Below, in pieces: positions 39,103 to 51,640 of a stretch of DNA of 64,000 nt; position 1 is the stretch's first letter; every line of letters starts with the position of its first letter. The position numbers were made by a program, and so were the translations under genes. The notes under the pieces are model-generated. The model was not told where the DNA came from and searched no databases. It saw only the letters and a list, made by a program, of their open reading frames with translations. Origin of the DNA: Podarcis gaigeae (Eukaryota); the NCBI GenBank assembly GCA_964106915.2, contig OZ066920.1, one strand, 5' to 3'.

Positions 39103-39417
39103 AAAGGTAAAGGTAAAGGACCCCTGACAGTTAGGTCCACTCGCAGACGACTCTGGGGTTGTGGCACCCATCTCACTTTACAGGCTGAAGGAGCCGGTGT
39201 TTGTCCACAGACAGTTTTTCCAGGTCATATGGCCAGCATGACTGAGCTGATTCTGGTGAAACCTGAGCAGCGCATGGAAATGGCGTTTACCTTCCTGCCG
39301 GAGTGGTACCTATTTATCTACTTGCACTTTTTGGTGTCCTTTCAAACTGCTAGGTTGGCAGGAGCTGAGACCAAGCAACGGAAGCACACCCTGTCATGGG
39401 GATTTGAACTGCCAACC
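39103..39417 (-). mobile_element. Sauria SINE, 5'-truncated
   Basis: Consensus motifs in antisense. Confidence 0.9.
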
Positions 39418-39526
39418 CGAGGTTGGGACTTACTTTTCAGTAAACATACACACACTAAAGCTGCAATCCTAAACCCACATATGTGGGAGTTGTTGATATT
39501 TGTCTGTCTCAAGAGACCATTGAGTG

Positions 39527-40185
39527 TGCCTCCAGGGGTGAAGTCAAAGCTCAGTGTTAGCAGTACCAAAGTGACCTTCCTGGGGCACAAGTCTGGGCAG
39601 TGTGTACGGAGGTCCTGGGCTGCCCAGATGAGAAGACTCGGTGGTGTGGTCCAAAGGAAAGCAGAGCAGTATGTTTGGCATCAGCTTGGCTGCTGGAGTT
39701 GCTGGAAGTAGGCATACAAGGCACTATCCAACCATCTTAGGGACTCTATTTCAGATTTGTGTAGGGTTTACTCATGAGTCTTTTCTCCTCCTGAAGTTAT
39801 CCCACAAGGAAGTGGAGGTTTAGGATCAGAGTTTTCCTTCTCCTAGATGGGCTACCTTCCCAGGTTGATGAACCCCAACTGCCCCTCACTTCCCTCTATA
39901 GCACATGCAGAAACCACTTTCTTGACCATTAGACCCACTATTGGTTTCATTTGCTCAATCTTCCAGAGCCTGTCTTCGCATGCAGGGAAATACCCAACTC
40001 ACTGAGGGTTTGAGAACCATTAGCTATCCTTTACTGGTTTAGTAGGCCAGTCGAAGCCATTTCCTGAGATGTGGCCTCTGTCACACGCTGACAACTTCTA
40101 GGAGCCACAGATGAGAGCTGAGTGTAGGGTGGGGACCAAAGGTGGACAAAGGAGTACGATGTGTCCCTCACCAGAGGTAGTACTC
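39527..40185 (-). mobile_element. RTE-derived non-autonomous (5'UTR + 3' end) element
   Basis: Antisense AGCCCATCTAGGAGAAGGAAAACTCTGA (RTE 5'UTR-type motif) and a TGACTTCACCCCTGGAGGCA end; no RT ORF. Confidence 0.55.
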
Positions 40186-41938
40186 AGCCTTGAATAGCAT
40201 CCCACCTAAGAGTAAATCCTATTGAATTAAATGACACTTACTTCTGAGTAGACACACTGAGACTCCTGTCCTACTAAGACACTCTTTCTTTCCACCCCCC
40301 CGGCCCCCGGTGTTGGGCATCCAAGTGTTGAAGCAGCAGCCTATTGTAGCATAAAGGAAAACATTTGGCCCTTAGAAAGATGTGCATTTCTCTTAACAAA
40401 TGATTAGTACAAGCAAGTTATTTCACTGGTCTCAGAAAACATTTGGAAGAATATGCTTGGCATATACTTGGCATTTTATTTCGGGGTTCCATCTAGAAAA
40501 TAGGGGTTATTGGACCTTTGCAGAAAAGGAAATAAAGGCAGATTACTTTTGATCTTTAGAGTATATAATTGTGACTTCTGGAGGAAGAGCAGTGCTAAAT
40601 TACTTTTTTTGCTACATGCAGTAATCACTTCTTTCTTTAAATTGATATATGGCGACAGCTGTTAAGTACATTGTGCCAACAAGTTTGCCTCCAATATTTT
40701 AGATATAAATGGGATTTTCCACTTCATAAATTGGTTGAGAACCAAGATGAAAATCCAGACCCATCTATAAATATGAATGATACATGGCTATTTCATAGCA
40801 AGAGATGGAATGACTCAAATAAAAAGTTGCTTTTCCATTTAGCTGTCACATTTGCATATTATTTTCTGTCAGGGCTCTTGTGTCTGAAACATACATATGT
40901 CAACAGGCTGAAATTCAATATAGGCAGCTTTCCCCCATCACTGCACTGCCATCAGCCTGTATGCCACTATGTTATAATTAGTCACAAGAACTGTGTCACA
41001 CCAAAAATACAAGAAACCGACACAATTTAAGTGTAGCCCACTGGACATTTAATGAAGACTCAGGTCAGCTGTTGACAAGACATGTATTAGTGCTAACAAA
41101 CCTTCTCTCCATCCATGACAGCTGGTATAATCTGACCAGTATCCAAAGGTTTAAGGTTAAAACACCAACCAAGCAGATTCCATCCCTCCCAAAATGTATG
41201 CAAAAGCACACCTCCTCCTCTCTCTTTGGTGTGCACATTAAGGATGGTCCACACTGGTTCAGAACCAAAGCACATGGCACTGTCGCATTCCAAGGTTGCA
41301 TTCAGACAGCACTTTATTCCCTTTTCCAGCTGTTTCCTGACCTGATAATTTCCACATTTTATGTGATCTTTCACACAATGTAGAAGCTGTTTCTGGAAAA
41401 TTAGTGGAATCCAGAAAACATTTAGAGCTTGTCTCTGTGTTTATTGCTTCCATAAAATAAAAAATTGTTAGCCTGGGAAAATGTGGGAGTTGTCCACTGT
41501 AATTTTTCAATCACTTACATGGGACGTGGGGTTAGCTTTGCAGCCTAACACACAAAGGCAGAATTGGTCAAGTAAGTGTGCATACTTACTGATGATCATA
41601 GTAGTCCCTTTTTTTATCTGGATTATCTGTAACAAAATGTACTCCTGGACTTAACCCCTTTTTCTTCACAACCAGCTGAAAAGAACAGATGTTCTCATAT
41701 TAAATACTTGCTATTTATGCCTTTCTCTCTCCCATTGCTGACATATAAATTGAAACATCATTTGGACAAAGGCTTGCTCTTTCTGCAGAAAAAGGTTTTA
41801 GCTTCAGACCTAACAAAATGTATATGGGAAGAAGCATTTCTCTCTCCCTTTGCATTAGAATTAGAAGGATACTATTCTTTTATAACTGCATTTTTTTAAA
41901 AAAACAAATGCAGAATATGCTAGTTGTGGCTGCAACTT

Positions 41939-41940
<2 letters not shown>

Positions 41941-41986
<46 letters not shown>
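41941..41986. repeat. (GT)n microsatellite
   Basis: Direct observation. Confidence 0.98.
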
Positions 41987-41991
<5 letters not shown>

Positions 41992-42399
41992 GTATCCTAG
42001 CATTGGTTACTTGGCCAAAAATAGTGGAGTGATATGCCAAGCTGACAAGAGGCGATTGTGTGTGATTGCCTAAGTAACACTTACTGTGTGTGCCTTGGTT
42101 TCCCATCTGTTTAACTAGGGGGAAATGTAGATTTTGCTGTCAGTAAACTCTGGCTTCTCAAATCAATTGTCAAAAGGAGAGCAATTTGAACATTAAAATG
42201 ACAATGTTCTTAGTTGATTAATTTTGGTCGGAAGCCAGATAACAGTAAATTAATAACCAAGGGACAGAGACTACTTCACCTTGAAATGTGGTCTGATGGC
42301 ATAAAAAGCATTCTTAAAAATGAACCCAGTCTTCCTCATGACTTTGAAATCTACTAGATGCAATTTAAATTCCAAATGGTCATAATCTGTGGCCATCCA

Positions 42400-42765
42400 A
42401 CGAACCCAGAGTCATTCAATGAAGCTGAATTCAAGGCAGATTAAAGGAGATACTTATTCACACCGAGCACAGTTAAACGATGACATTTTCTCGCACAAGA
42501 TGTAAGGATGGCCACTAGCTTAGATGGATTTAGAAAGAGCTTAAATTCATGGTGTATACAGCTAGCAGTGGCTACTAGTCATGATGACTATATACCACCT
42601 TCACCAATGGTGACCTCAGAATACCAGTTGCTGCGAATCACAAGTGCAGAGAGCATCATTGCACTCAGGTTCTGTTCATGAGCCTCTCATAGGCATCTGG
42701 TTGGCAACTGTAAGAACAGGATGTTGGATTAGATGTGTCCGTGGTCTGATCCAGTAGGGATCAAC
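42400..42765 (+). mobile_element. Old CR1-type 3' fragment
   Basis: GGCCACTAGCTTAGATGG..AAATTCATGG and GAACAGGATGTTGGATTAGATG..GGTCTGATCCAG motifs. Confidence 0.6.
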
Positions 42766-43268
42766 TTGCATTTTAAATCATGTATGTCCAGTACCCAGAT
42801 TCTCCCTCTCTTCCAGTGCCGCAGTTGCAGAATAGAGTAGCCTGGAGGAGATAGGAAAAGAGGTGACTCCCAGACAATGCTGTGCCTGCTGTTTGTAGCA
42901 CAGGTTGGGTTGGAGGAGAGGAAGAGCTGCTGTGCTATGAGTCACAGGCACAGTGCAGGTTGGAAGAAAGAGCATTGGGCAGTTCTCCATATACTTCAGA
43001 TTGGCTTGTATTGTGATTTCCTTCCCCGCCCTCAGAATAATGGGCGAACACCACCTTTCTCTGAAGACTGTGAATCTAAACCTGGGGATTCAGCTCAGCT
43101 CTCTTTAATAACAGATGTGCACAATTTGTGACCCATCAAGCCAAATGCATGCCAGCAGCCATGTACTGTGATCCACAGTACCTCTTGTTTTGCTTCTTGA
43201 CTGGAACTATACAACTCAGGAGGGGGGACTGTAAAGTACCAGTGAGGCCAAGTCACACATGGTGCAGG

Positions 43269-43435
43269 CAGTGGCGTAGCGTGGGTTGTCAGCACCTGGG
43301 GCAAGGCAAGTAATTTGTGCCCCCTAACCCATGGATTGTGTCCCCTAACCCGTGGATTTGTGCCCCCTAACCCTAACCCCCAGATGTTGCGCCCGGTGTG
43401 GCCGGCCCCCCCTGCCCCCCCACACTACGCCACTG
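43269..43435. mobile_element. hAT MITE containing CCCTAA repeats
   Basis: CAGTGGCGTAG...CTACGCCACTG TIRs; perfect 8-bp TSD GGTGCAGG. Confidence 0.9.
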
Positions 43436-43503
43436 GGTGCAGGCCTAAGCTACAACAATACAGTAATTGATTACCCAAAATACACATCTCTCTCTCTTGC
43501 GCG

Positions 43504-43536
<33 letters not shown>

Positions 43537-44518
43537 TGCAGCATGGAAGGGATGTTGATCTTGTGGGAAGGATCCATGTTAATGATGTTAGTCAGGGAAT
43601 GCATCCTCTTTGAATGCTTTTGGTTTGCTTGAAATTGTCCTTGAACTGAGATTATGCCTTTTGCTTGCCTACGTGGAATCATAATATTTTAGTGTTGGAA
43701 GGGATGTTTGCATGTGTCTTTTGTTTCTAGGCCCGTCCAACACTGGGATGCAACTTCTGGAATGTTTTCCATAAGGAAATGTGTTGCTTGTCTTGATTGC
43801 TCGTGGGAGACTACTACCAAATCTAGATGCTTCCTCTGATTTAATAGCACTTACTATTGGTGTGCCTACGTATTCCCTGTGGCAAAATGGATGTTTATGC
43901 CATTCCAGACCTTGAAAAAGTGTTTGGAGTGATGGCTTGTCAAACCATAATCTACTGTTGCAAAGTCTCACAAGTCTCCATCTCCCAGACAGAACTGGGA
44001 TTTCCCCCCCAGTCATTAAATATTCACACACAGCCCTGATATTGGTTTAAATGGTTCTCCATTGATTTGAGCTGCATCAAAAATGCATCAGGAGCTGTGG
44101 CCATTCATCATGATTTTCCCTGACAGTTTCTGAAATTAAGACATTTGTTCAATTATAACTCTGACTTCATGTTCTGTTGCAAGTGATAATAAGAGGAGAA
44201 GTACAATTCTACAAGAACAGAAAAGGGCAAGTGGATTTGACAAAGTAACCATTTCTGCCTGATTTTGATCAAAGGGCAGCTCCCAAAAGGTACTTTATGT
44301 GTTCTCCACTTCTTCTTTTTGTCCAGCATAGAGACAATCCAGGGTTAGCACTGTTTTGATTTCCTTTGAATGACATAGCGTCATTGTAACATATTATTAT
44401 TATTAGCCTGACCCCGTCCTTTGGCAAACCTCACAGAACTCTAGCCCAATGGTCGCCACTAATTTGATTTGAACTGATTTTATAATGAAATGATTTTGGA
44501 ATGTTGTATTATTTTACT

Positions 44519-44724
44519 GGGACGTGGGTGGCGCTGTGGGTAAAACCTCAGTGCCTAGGACCTGCCGATCGCATGGTTGGAGGTTCGAATCCCCGCGGCG
44601 GGGTGCGCTCCCGTCGTTCGGTCCCAGCGCCTGTCAATCTAGCAGTTTGAAAGCACCCCCGGGTGCAAGTAGATAAATGGGGACTGCTTACCAGCAGGAA
44701 GGTAAACGGCGTTCCGTGTGCTGC
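44519..44724 (+). mobile_element. Sauria SINE 5' half, cut off at the Penelope element
   Basis: Head and core match 30874; 3' half absent. Confidence 0.9.
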
Positions 44725-45240
44725 GGTGATTGGCAGATAGCTGTGATGAGCCTGTTGACGACTCTTAACGACTGCAATAGGTCTTACAGGAAAAAGCAAG
44801 GGTGAGAAGGTAAAAAATGGCTTTGTCATGTATAATGAGATAAGAATCCAAGGTCTTTGTTCAGACCAGGTGTCTCCATGGTTTTAAGTTTGGTGATAAG
44901 TTGCAATTCAGCAGCTTCTCTTTCCAGTCTATTTCTTAAATTCCTTTGTAGTAAAAAAACTACTTTGAGATCTTGTATAAAATGTCCTGGGAGATTGAAG
45001 TGTTCTCCTACTGGTTTCTCTGTCTTGTGATTCCTGATGTCCGATTTATGTCCAGGCTCATCACAGCTATCTGCCAATCACCCATTCCCACCACCCTTCT
45101 GAGTAATACCCCTCCCCACCTTCTCACTATATAGAAGGGTCTGGAAACTTCTGTTTCAGTGTATCTGAAGAAGTGTGCATGCACATGAAAGCTCATACCA
45201 AGAACTAACTTAGTTGGTCTTTAAGGTGCTACTGGAAGGA
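44725..45240. mobile_element. Penelope-like element: GIY-YIG C-terminal fragment (-) plus inverted pLTR segment (+)
   Basis: Minus ORF HKSDIRNHKTEKPVGEHFNLPGH..DLKV..LLQRNLRNRLEREAAELQLITKLKT..PGLN is a typical PLE endonuclease end. 30-bp inverted duplication at 44725-44754 and 45053-45082. Confidence 0.9.
45161..45198 (+). ncRNA. Minimal type I hammerhead ribozyme in the Penelope pLTR
   Basis: GTAT-CTGAAGA-a-GTGTGC-at-GCACAT-GAAA-GC-TC-ATAC: CUGANGA and GAAA boxes, helix II, helix I GTAT/ATAC, palindromic AGCT helix III. Confidence 0.8.
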
Positions 45241-46311
45241 ATTTTTTTTGTTTTGACCTCCCTGTCCCTAAAGGTAACTTTCTTCCACCACTGGTGGCTG
45301 TCTCATTCAAACACCCAGGAAGGCTGCCAACTATCACTCAGCCTCAGCACCCATCAGCCACACTATGTGGGTTATTAGCAATCAAGATAACAACAGAAAT
45401 GTTGCTCAACAGTGTAACAGCAAACATGCCTGAACAACTTGTATTTTTCTATTTTGCATTTGCTAAGCAGAACTTTTGTCTCTTTGCCATTGTTTTGTAA
45501 GCCTTTCAAAGCCACAGAAGTAGTGCAAAGTTAACTGGGATACTCAGTGATTAAGAATTTAACTGGGTTAAAATTAGGAATACAACACAGTTCATTAAGA
45601 AGGTGTCATATTGGAGCTGTACTGTATTTAGACTAATTTGTATATTTGGCAAATGTGGATAATGGAGTATCATCTGTTGTGCTTACTCATTTACATTATT
45701 ATTATGTTCTTTACGGTATCAAAATGAAACACATCAAATATAAGCTGGAGGGGATGGTTTAATAGTCTAAACATCCATATGTGTTTTCTGGAATGGAAGC
45801 TTCATAATTCCATACACAAGCAGTTCAGGCTATAATCCTACCAGTGACAACTCAGACATGTAGGATGGTTCCACCACTTAACATTTCTTCAAACCAGAAC
45901 TCCAACAATATATATGGTAGCATTATGATGTAATTAAGAACATAGCTATGACTGTCCAAAAGCCCCCCTGATATATTGGAATAATATGCAAGGGGGTTGT
46001 GGGGTATTCAGCTAGCATGTGAAGAGGTTTTAAGTATATACGATACTGCCAAACATATGGTGGGTGGTAGCATTTATGAACTATTGTATCCTGATGAGAG
46101 CCTGTGTGGTGCATTTTTTGAATTATTATACCTGAATTTCGGGGGGGGGGGGTTGCCCCTGATCGAGCAGTATGGCAATGTGGAGCATCTCAAGGTGGTG
46201 GGCATGGTCCTAGACCTGCCTTGCTTGAGACCTATATCTTTATATGAGACAGCCCCTCAGTATGGCAACATGCTGTCTTCATGCTTCCCCACCTTTACAG
46301 CAGTATGATAT

Positions 46312-46990
46312 TGTCAGGAATCAGGGACAGATCAACAATAAAGCACCCGGTGTCAGTGAAATTAACTCTTCAAAAAAACCAAAACAACATAGGCCTAGTG
46401 ATTACAAGACCTGGTAGGTCTTGCCCCAATGAAGCAGTTGTGAAGACTGATAGTCCCTGCCTTCCCACCACTTTCTGTGGCTCCTCCCCTGGTCATAGCT
46501 GGCAACGTTTCCCTTTTTTTAAGGGAAATTACCTTATTCCGAATAGGATTCCTTTCAAGAAAAGGGAAAAGTTGACAGTATGCCCCTGGTTCCTCCCCCA
46601 GCAGCCTTAGGTTCCTTCATCTTGTCTCTCTTTGTTCTGCAGGAAGGGGGGCTGGTCACAGCAGGAGAGAGTGAATCCCTGGATTCTTCAACGGCCTGCC
46701 TCCTCTCTGCCTCTTGATTCCATTCTGCTTCTGCTTCTAAGCCTGGACTGCTCTCTGCCCCAGCCTCTTCCTGCTCACTAAGCCCTGTTGCCTCTTCAGC
46801 TGCTGACACCCCATTCTCCCAGTCTGCTCCCTCGTCTCCATCTGACCATTTTCCCCACCACTTATCCCCTGGCTCTGAGTCTTCTCCTGGGGTACCCTTG
46901 CGGATTCCCCAGCTTGCGCCTCCCACCACTCCTCAGCATCCAGCTAGTCCATGACTTTACCCTTTTACCATTTTACCTTAGTCCATGACA
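46312..46990 (-). mobile_element. Solo LTR (679 bp)
   Basis: TGTCA...TGACA ends with perfect 5-bp TSD GATAT. Confidence 0.85.
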
Positions 46991-48223
46991 GATATGCTGC
47001 TTTCCTGCTCTGTCCTAGACTTCATGCCTTATAGATTCACACATCGAGGATATATTGTAGAATGGCAAATCACTTCATGGAAGTACTGAGGCATTGATTA
47101 CCACCTTCACCGCATCCTCTCCACACCTACCTTTATCCACATATGGTTACATTTTGCAAATGACATTCTCTAGCCACCAGATTGATATTTTCTTGCTTTT
47201 CAATAGCAATTTTAATGAATTTATCCTTTCTGACATTTGCATTTGTCTTTAAATGCCACCAGATAACAGGGTTTTAATCATTCCAAATAGCTTTTTAATT
47301 ATAGACCTAATTACTTTTGCAGAAGGTTAAGCTGCACAAACAAGAATAAAACTGTTTGCTTGCGCTGTGTGTTGAGAATGATGTAGTGTTTTCACATTAG
47401 GTATTCTGTAAACTTCCTCGGTCAGTTTTACGTGACATTTTAAAAAATCCCCCCTGTACTTCAGAAGGAAAGAATTAGATTTCAGGACAGTTTAACATTC
47501 AACTATGTGCAGAGCCCATTAATCTTTTAATTAATTATGAAATCAAAGCCAGCCATTCATTTCAATTGAAGTCAATGTGTGTCTGTGTATGTGTGCATTT
47601 CTGTGTCCATGCATAGGGAGGTACTCATTTAATGAAAAAAGAAATTTAGTCTGTAGATTCTATTTTTTCTCATTTATTTTCCTCTTACACTTTCCCAAAT
47701 GTCTGGGATGTATTCCCCCCACCCCCACCCCCCGCCCTTGGAGAACATGTTACACTGAACCACTGTAACACACCTTACTAATGGGATGGTAAAGTTATTA
47801 TTATAATGGAATTAAGATACTCTGCATAGTCCGTTAGCATGGGAAACACAAAGTTAATTTATGCACCATTTTCCTCTTTAATAATATACTCTTTATGGGC
47901 TGCTTGTGGAGTGTGAAAATGAGGGCAGATTAGACCCATGTGGGTTGCCTCATTCCTTCCTGTTGAAAAACACTTCAGGTGAATTTATATTTTATGACAT
48001 TATTATTATACCAGAACAGCTGCCTAACAGCATGGCTTACTTGCATCTATTTCTACAAATAGTATTTCTAAAATGTACGTTACTAATTTTATCTCAGAAC
48101 AGACCAAGATACTTATAAACAAATGCAGTACAGAGCCAAACATGCCCATCAAAGTGTAAAAGCAAACTCTTCACTTCAAATCTGTAGGACACATCAACCT
48201 TCCCAAATGTGGTGCCCCTAGAG

Positions 48224-48354
48224 CAGGCTTTAGCAAACCCAGCCCATGTTTTTGGTGTACAACTCCCATGATCCCTAGCTGGCAGGACCAGTCGTCAGGA
48301 ATGATGAGAATTGTAGTCTCAAAACATCTGGAGGGCCAAGTTTGAGGAAACCTG
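48224..48354. mobile_element. hAT-Charlie-like MITE nested in an older relative
   Basis: CAGGCTT...AAACCTG ends; TSD CCCTAGAG/CTCTAGAG. Confidence 0.8.
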
Positions 48355-48826
48355 CTCTAGAGGCTTTGGACTAGAATTCCCATCAGTCCCAGTCAACATG
48401 GCTGGTGGTCGGGGCAATATGAGTTGTAGTCTATAACATATGGAGTACCAGGTGGTATCAAGTGGGAAAAGTTAGGTTATATTGTGCTAAGTTAGCGGGG
48501 ATTTTTCAATGTCATCTTCTTGCTGTAGCAAATTTTTATTAAAGTTTTTTTAAAAATAAATAAAATAAAACAATTAGATAAAAGAAACTAATCTAAATAA
48601 AAATGGGGGAAAGCAGAAAAAGATAAGGGGAAATTAACAATCAATCTGCAATTAACAGAAAGTGGATCTGCCCTCAGTCCCCACCAGGCAACTGACTAAC
48701 CCCACACTGTTAGATCCTGGGGTCAGTGGGTGGGATTTCCAGTGTGTGAAAAATGGTGGAGGAGCAGGAGAAGAGGCCTCCTTTTGGAGACGAGCTATTT
48801 CTTACTCCTGATTGAAACACACCTTA

Positions 48827-49213
48827 AAGGGTGAAAGGTAAAGGACCCCTGGACAGTTAAGTCCAGTCGAAGGCGACTATGGGGTTGTGAGGCTCATCTC
48901 ACTTTCAGGCCAAGGGAGCCTGCGTTTGCCCACAGAAAGCTTTCCAGGTCATGTGGCCAGCATGACGAAACTGCTTCTGGTGCAATGGAACACCATGATG
49001 GAAACCAGGGCGCATGGAAATGCTGTTTACTTTTCCTCTGCAGCGGTACCTATTTATCTATACTTGCATTGGTGTGCTTTTGAACTGCTAGGTTGGCAGG
49101 AGCTGGGACAGAACAACGGGAGCTCACCCTGTTGCGGGGATTTGAACTGCCAACCTTCTCATCAGCAAGCCCAAGAGGCTCAGTGGTTTAGATCACAGCA
49201 CCACCCGAGTACC
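48827..49213 (-). mobile_element. Sauria SINE
   Basis: Consensus motifs; flanking CACACCTTA duplication. Confidence 0.92.
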
Positions 49214-50258
49214 TGTAGCACACACCTTATTCGCTATCCAGCAGTGGGAAGGGGCAAATCCGCCCCTTATGCCAGCCGTTGACTGAAGAAGCACCATTCT
49301 TTGCCATAAGACTATTCAGACAATGGAAATGATAAAACAAGCAGGAGATTTTTATAACACATTCAATTGATTAAAAAGATATCAAAGGCTATAGGGTCCG
49401 ACGAGCAACATTTTCAGGATTATGGAATCTTTGGGGTGTTTTCAGACTGCTTCTGAAAAGCTGGCCTCAAGCAGGGCTGAGTAATGTTGAGCAGACCTAA
49501 ATGAACCCCAGTCCAAGAAGGTAATGAAGTGACATGTTTGGGAACACTCTTTGTAAATAACCTCAATTAATTTCCTTGATGTTTTTTTCCGAGTTTGAGG
49601 TTTTGTCTTGATGGGCAAATTGCAGGTTGCATGGAGGCTATTTATGGTTCTGCCAACTTGTTATGTTTTAATTGAAGTAGGATGTACTTGTCCTTGCTTA
49701 TGCAGCACTGTTGCCCTTTCAAAGGTGAAGGCAGGATGGCATGTGACTTCAGAATGTGCAGTCTGAGGAACACAATATTAAGCGACACCCCCTTCTATTA
49801 AACTATGTAACCGAGGAAGAAGACCAAAGAAAGGCATACATTGCTGTTAGCCTGAGGGTAGGCAGCAGGGTTCTTATTAATGCAGCAGTGTTGCCATCGG
49901 CTTCAAAATCCTGTTGTTTCTAACATTCTGCATAAATACATTACTGTAACTTTTTTAAAAAGGTAAAGTCTCTGAATCTTTGCTAGTTTTGTTTATCCAT
50001 GAAGAGTAAGTTGACAGCACATGAGAAACGTGTTGAAACAAAAATATCAGCAAGAGGGATGTCCTTTTCCAGAGGGACCCACAGGAGGGGAGAACACTCT
50101 TTTGTTTGGGTCCTGCTTGCAGACTTCCCACAAGCATCTGTGTTACCACTGTGAGAACAGGATGCCAGACAAAGTGAACCGTTGGTGTGATCCAGAAGGA
50201 CTCACTTCTTATGTTCTCACAGAGTTGCCACTAAGTGCCTTATGCAAGGTATTTATTC

Positions 50259-50651
50259 GGAGATGTGGGTGGCACTATGGTCAAAACCATTGAGCCCCTT
50301 GGGCTTGCCAATCAGAAGGTTGGTGGTTTGAATTTCTGCAATGGGGTGAGCTCCTGTTGCTCTGCCCCAGCTCTTGCCAACCTAGCAGCTTAAAAGCATA
50401 CCAGTGCAAGTAGATAAATAGGTACTGCTACTGCAGGAAGGTAAATGCCATTTCTGTGTGCTCTGGTTTCCATCATGGTGTTCCGTTTTGCCAGAAGTGG
50501 TTTAGTCGTGCTCACCACATGACCTGGAAAGCTGTCTGTAGACAAACGCCGGCTCCCTTGACCTGAAAGCGAGATGAGGGCCGCAACCCCATAGTCGTCT
50601 TTGATTGGACTTAACCGTCCAGGGGTCCTTTATCTCTCCCCCCTTTTTTTA
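50259..50651 (+). mobile_element. Sauria SINE
   Basis: Consensus motifs; flanking CCTTATGCAA duplication. Confidence 0.92.
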
Positions 50652-50961
50652 CCTTATGCAAAATTTGATGTGCAAATGCTGTTAAAGCAATGTATCCAAG
50701 GAAATCTGAAAAAGTTCCAAATTTCAATAAGGTATTTGTCAGAAAGAGTAGGGAGAGAAAGAAAAGTGGCTTCCATAAATTCCCTGTCATCCTGCTTCAG
50801 GATTAGGGTGAGGTGTTTGGGATTTTGTTGTCTGAGATAATGGTACAAGGCTGCATTTCTACTTGCTTCCTAGGACCTGCATTTCAATAAACATGCCTTT
50901 TCTTTGCGAAAGAAAAAATAGATTCCTTCAATGAGTCAATCCAGATGAAGCATATGGCATA

Positions 50962-51480
50962 GCGAAGGGATGCAGCTCCGTGGCAGAACATTTGCTTTGC
51001 CTGCATAAGGTCTCATGTTCAATCACCAGCATCTCCAGGTAGGAATGAGGGATAAATTGGACTCAGTTCACATTTAAAGATGAACTTCACCAATTTGCAC
51101 TTCCCAAAACAGTATGTGAACTGAAACACTGTCTCCTAAATAACACACAGAAATGCTTATAATTGGGGGAAATTGCTTTGCAAAAATGTGCAAATTAAGA
51201 GAAAATCACACTAAAATACTGAAGTATTTTCATGAAGACTTTGAAACAAAAGTTCACAAACTGATGTAGAAATGTGGGGAATTGAATTTAAGACTTAAAA
51301 AAAAAAAACCACTGAGAGAGCAAAATTGACACCTCTCTCTCCAGGCAGGGCTGGGAAAGACCTCTGCCTGAAATCTGGAGGGTCTCTGCCAATTAATGTA
51401 GACAAGACTGATTTAGAAGGACCAATCTTTTGACTCAATACAAGGCAGCTGCCTGTATTCCTACAACTTTCGTGAGATTG
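50962..51480 (+). mobile_element. tRNA-derived SINE split by a hAT-like insertion (about 51040-51339)
   Basis: Head and tail match the 10731 family; CTCCAGG duplicated on either side of the insert. Confidence 0.65.
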
Positions 51481-51640
51481 TACTGTTTGAAAGTCCCCCC
51501 GCATGAGAAACTGACCACACAGGGAATGATAACACAAGGCTTTTCTAAATAAAACACCAGTTTTAAATGCAGGCTTGCTTTCAGAGAACCAACATGCCAT
51601 CTGAAATTGAAAAATTCCCTCATAGGATTGTACCAATATA

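Noticed and set aside
39073-39711. Longest ORF in the window (212 aa)
   Set aside because: Chance read-through of an antisense Sauria SINE and an RTE-derived repeat; similar peptides recur at other SINE copies.
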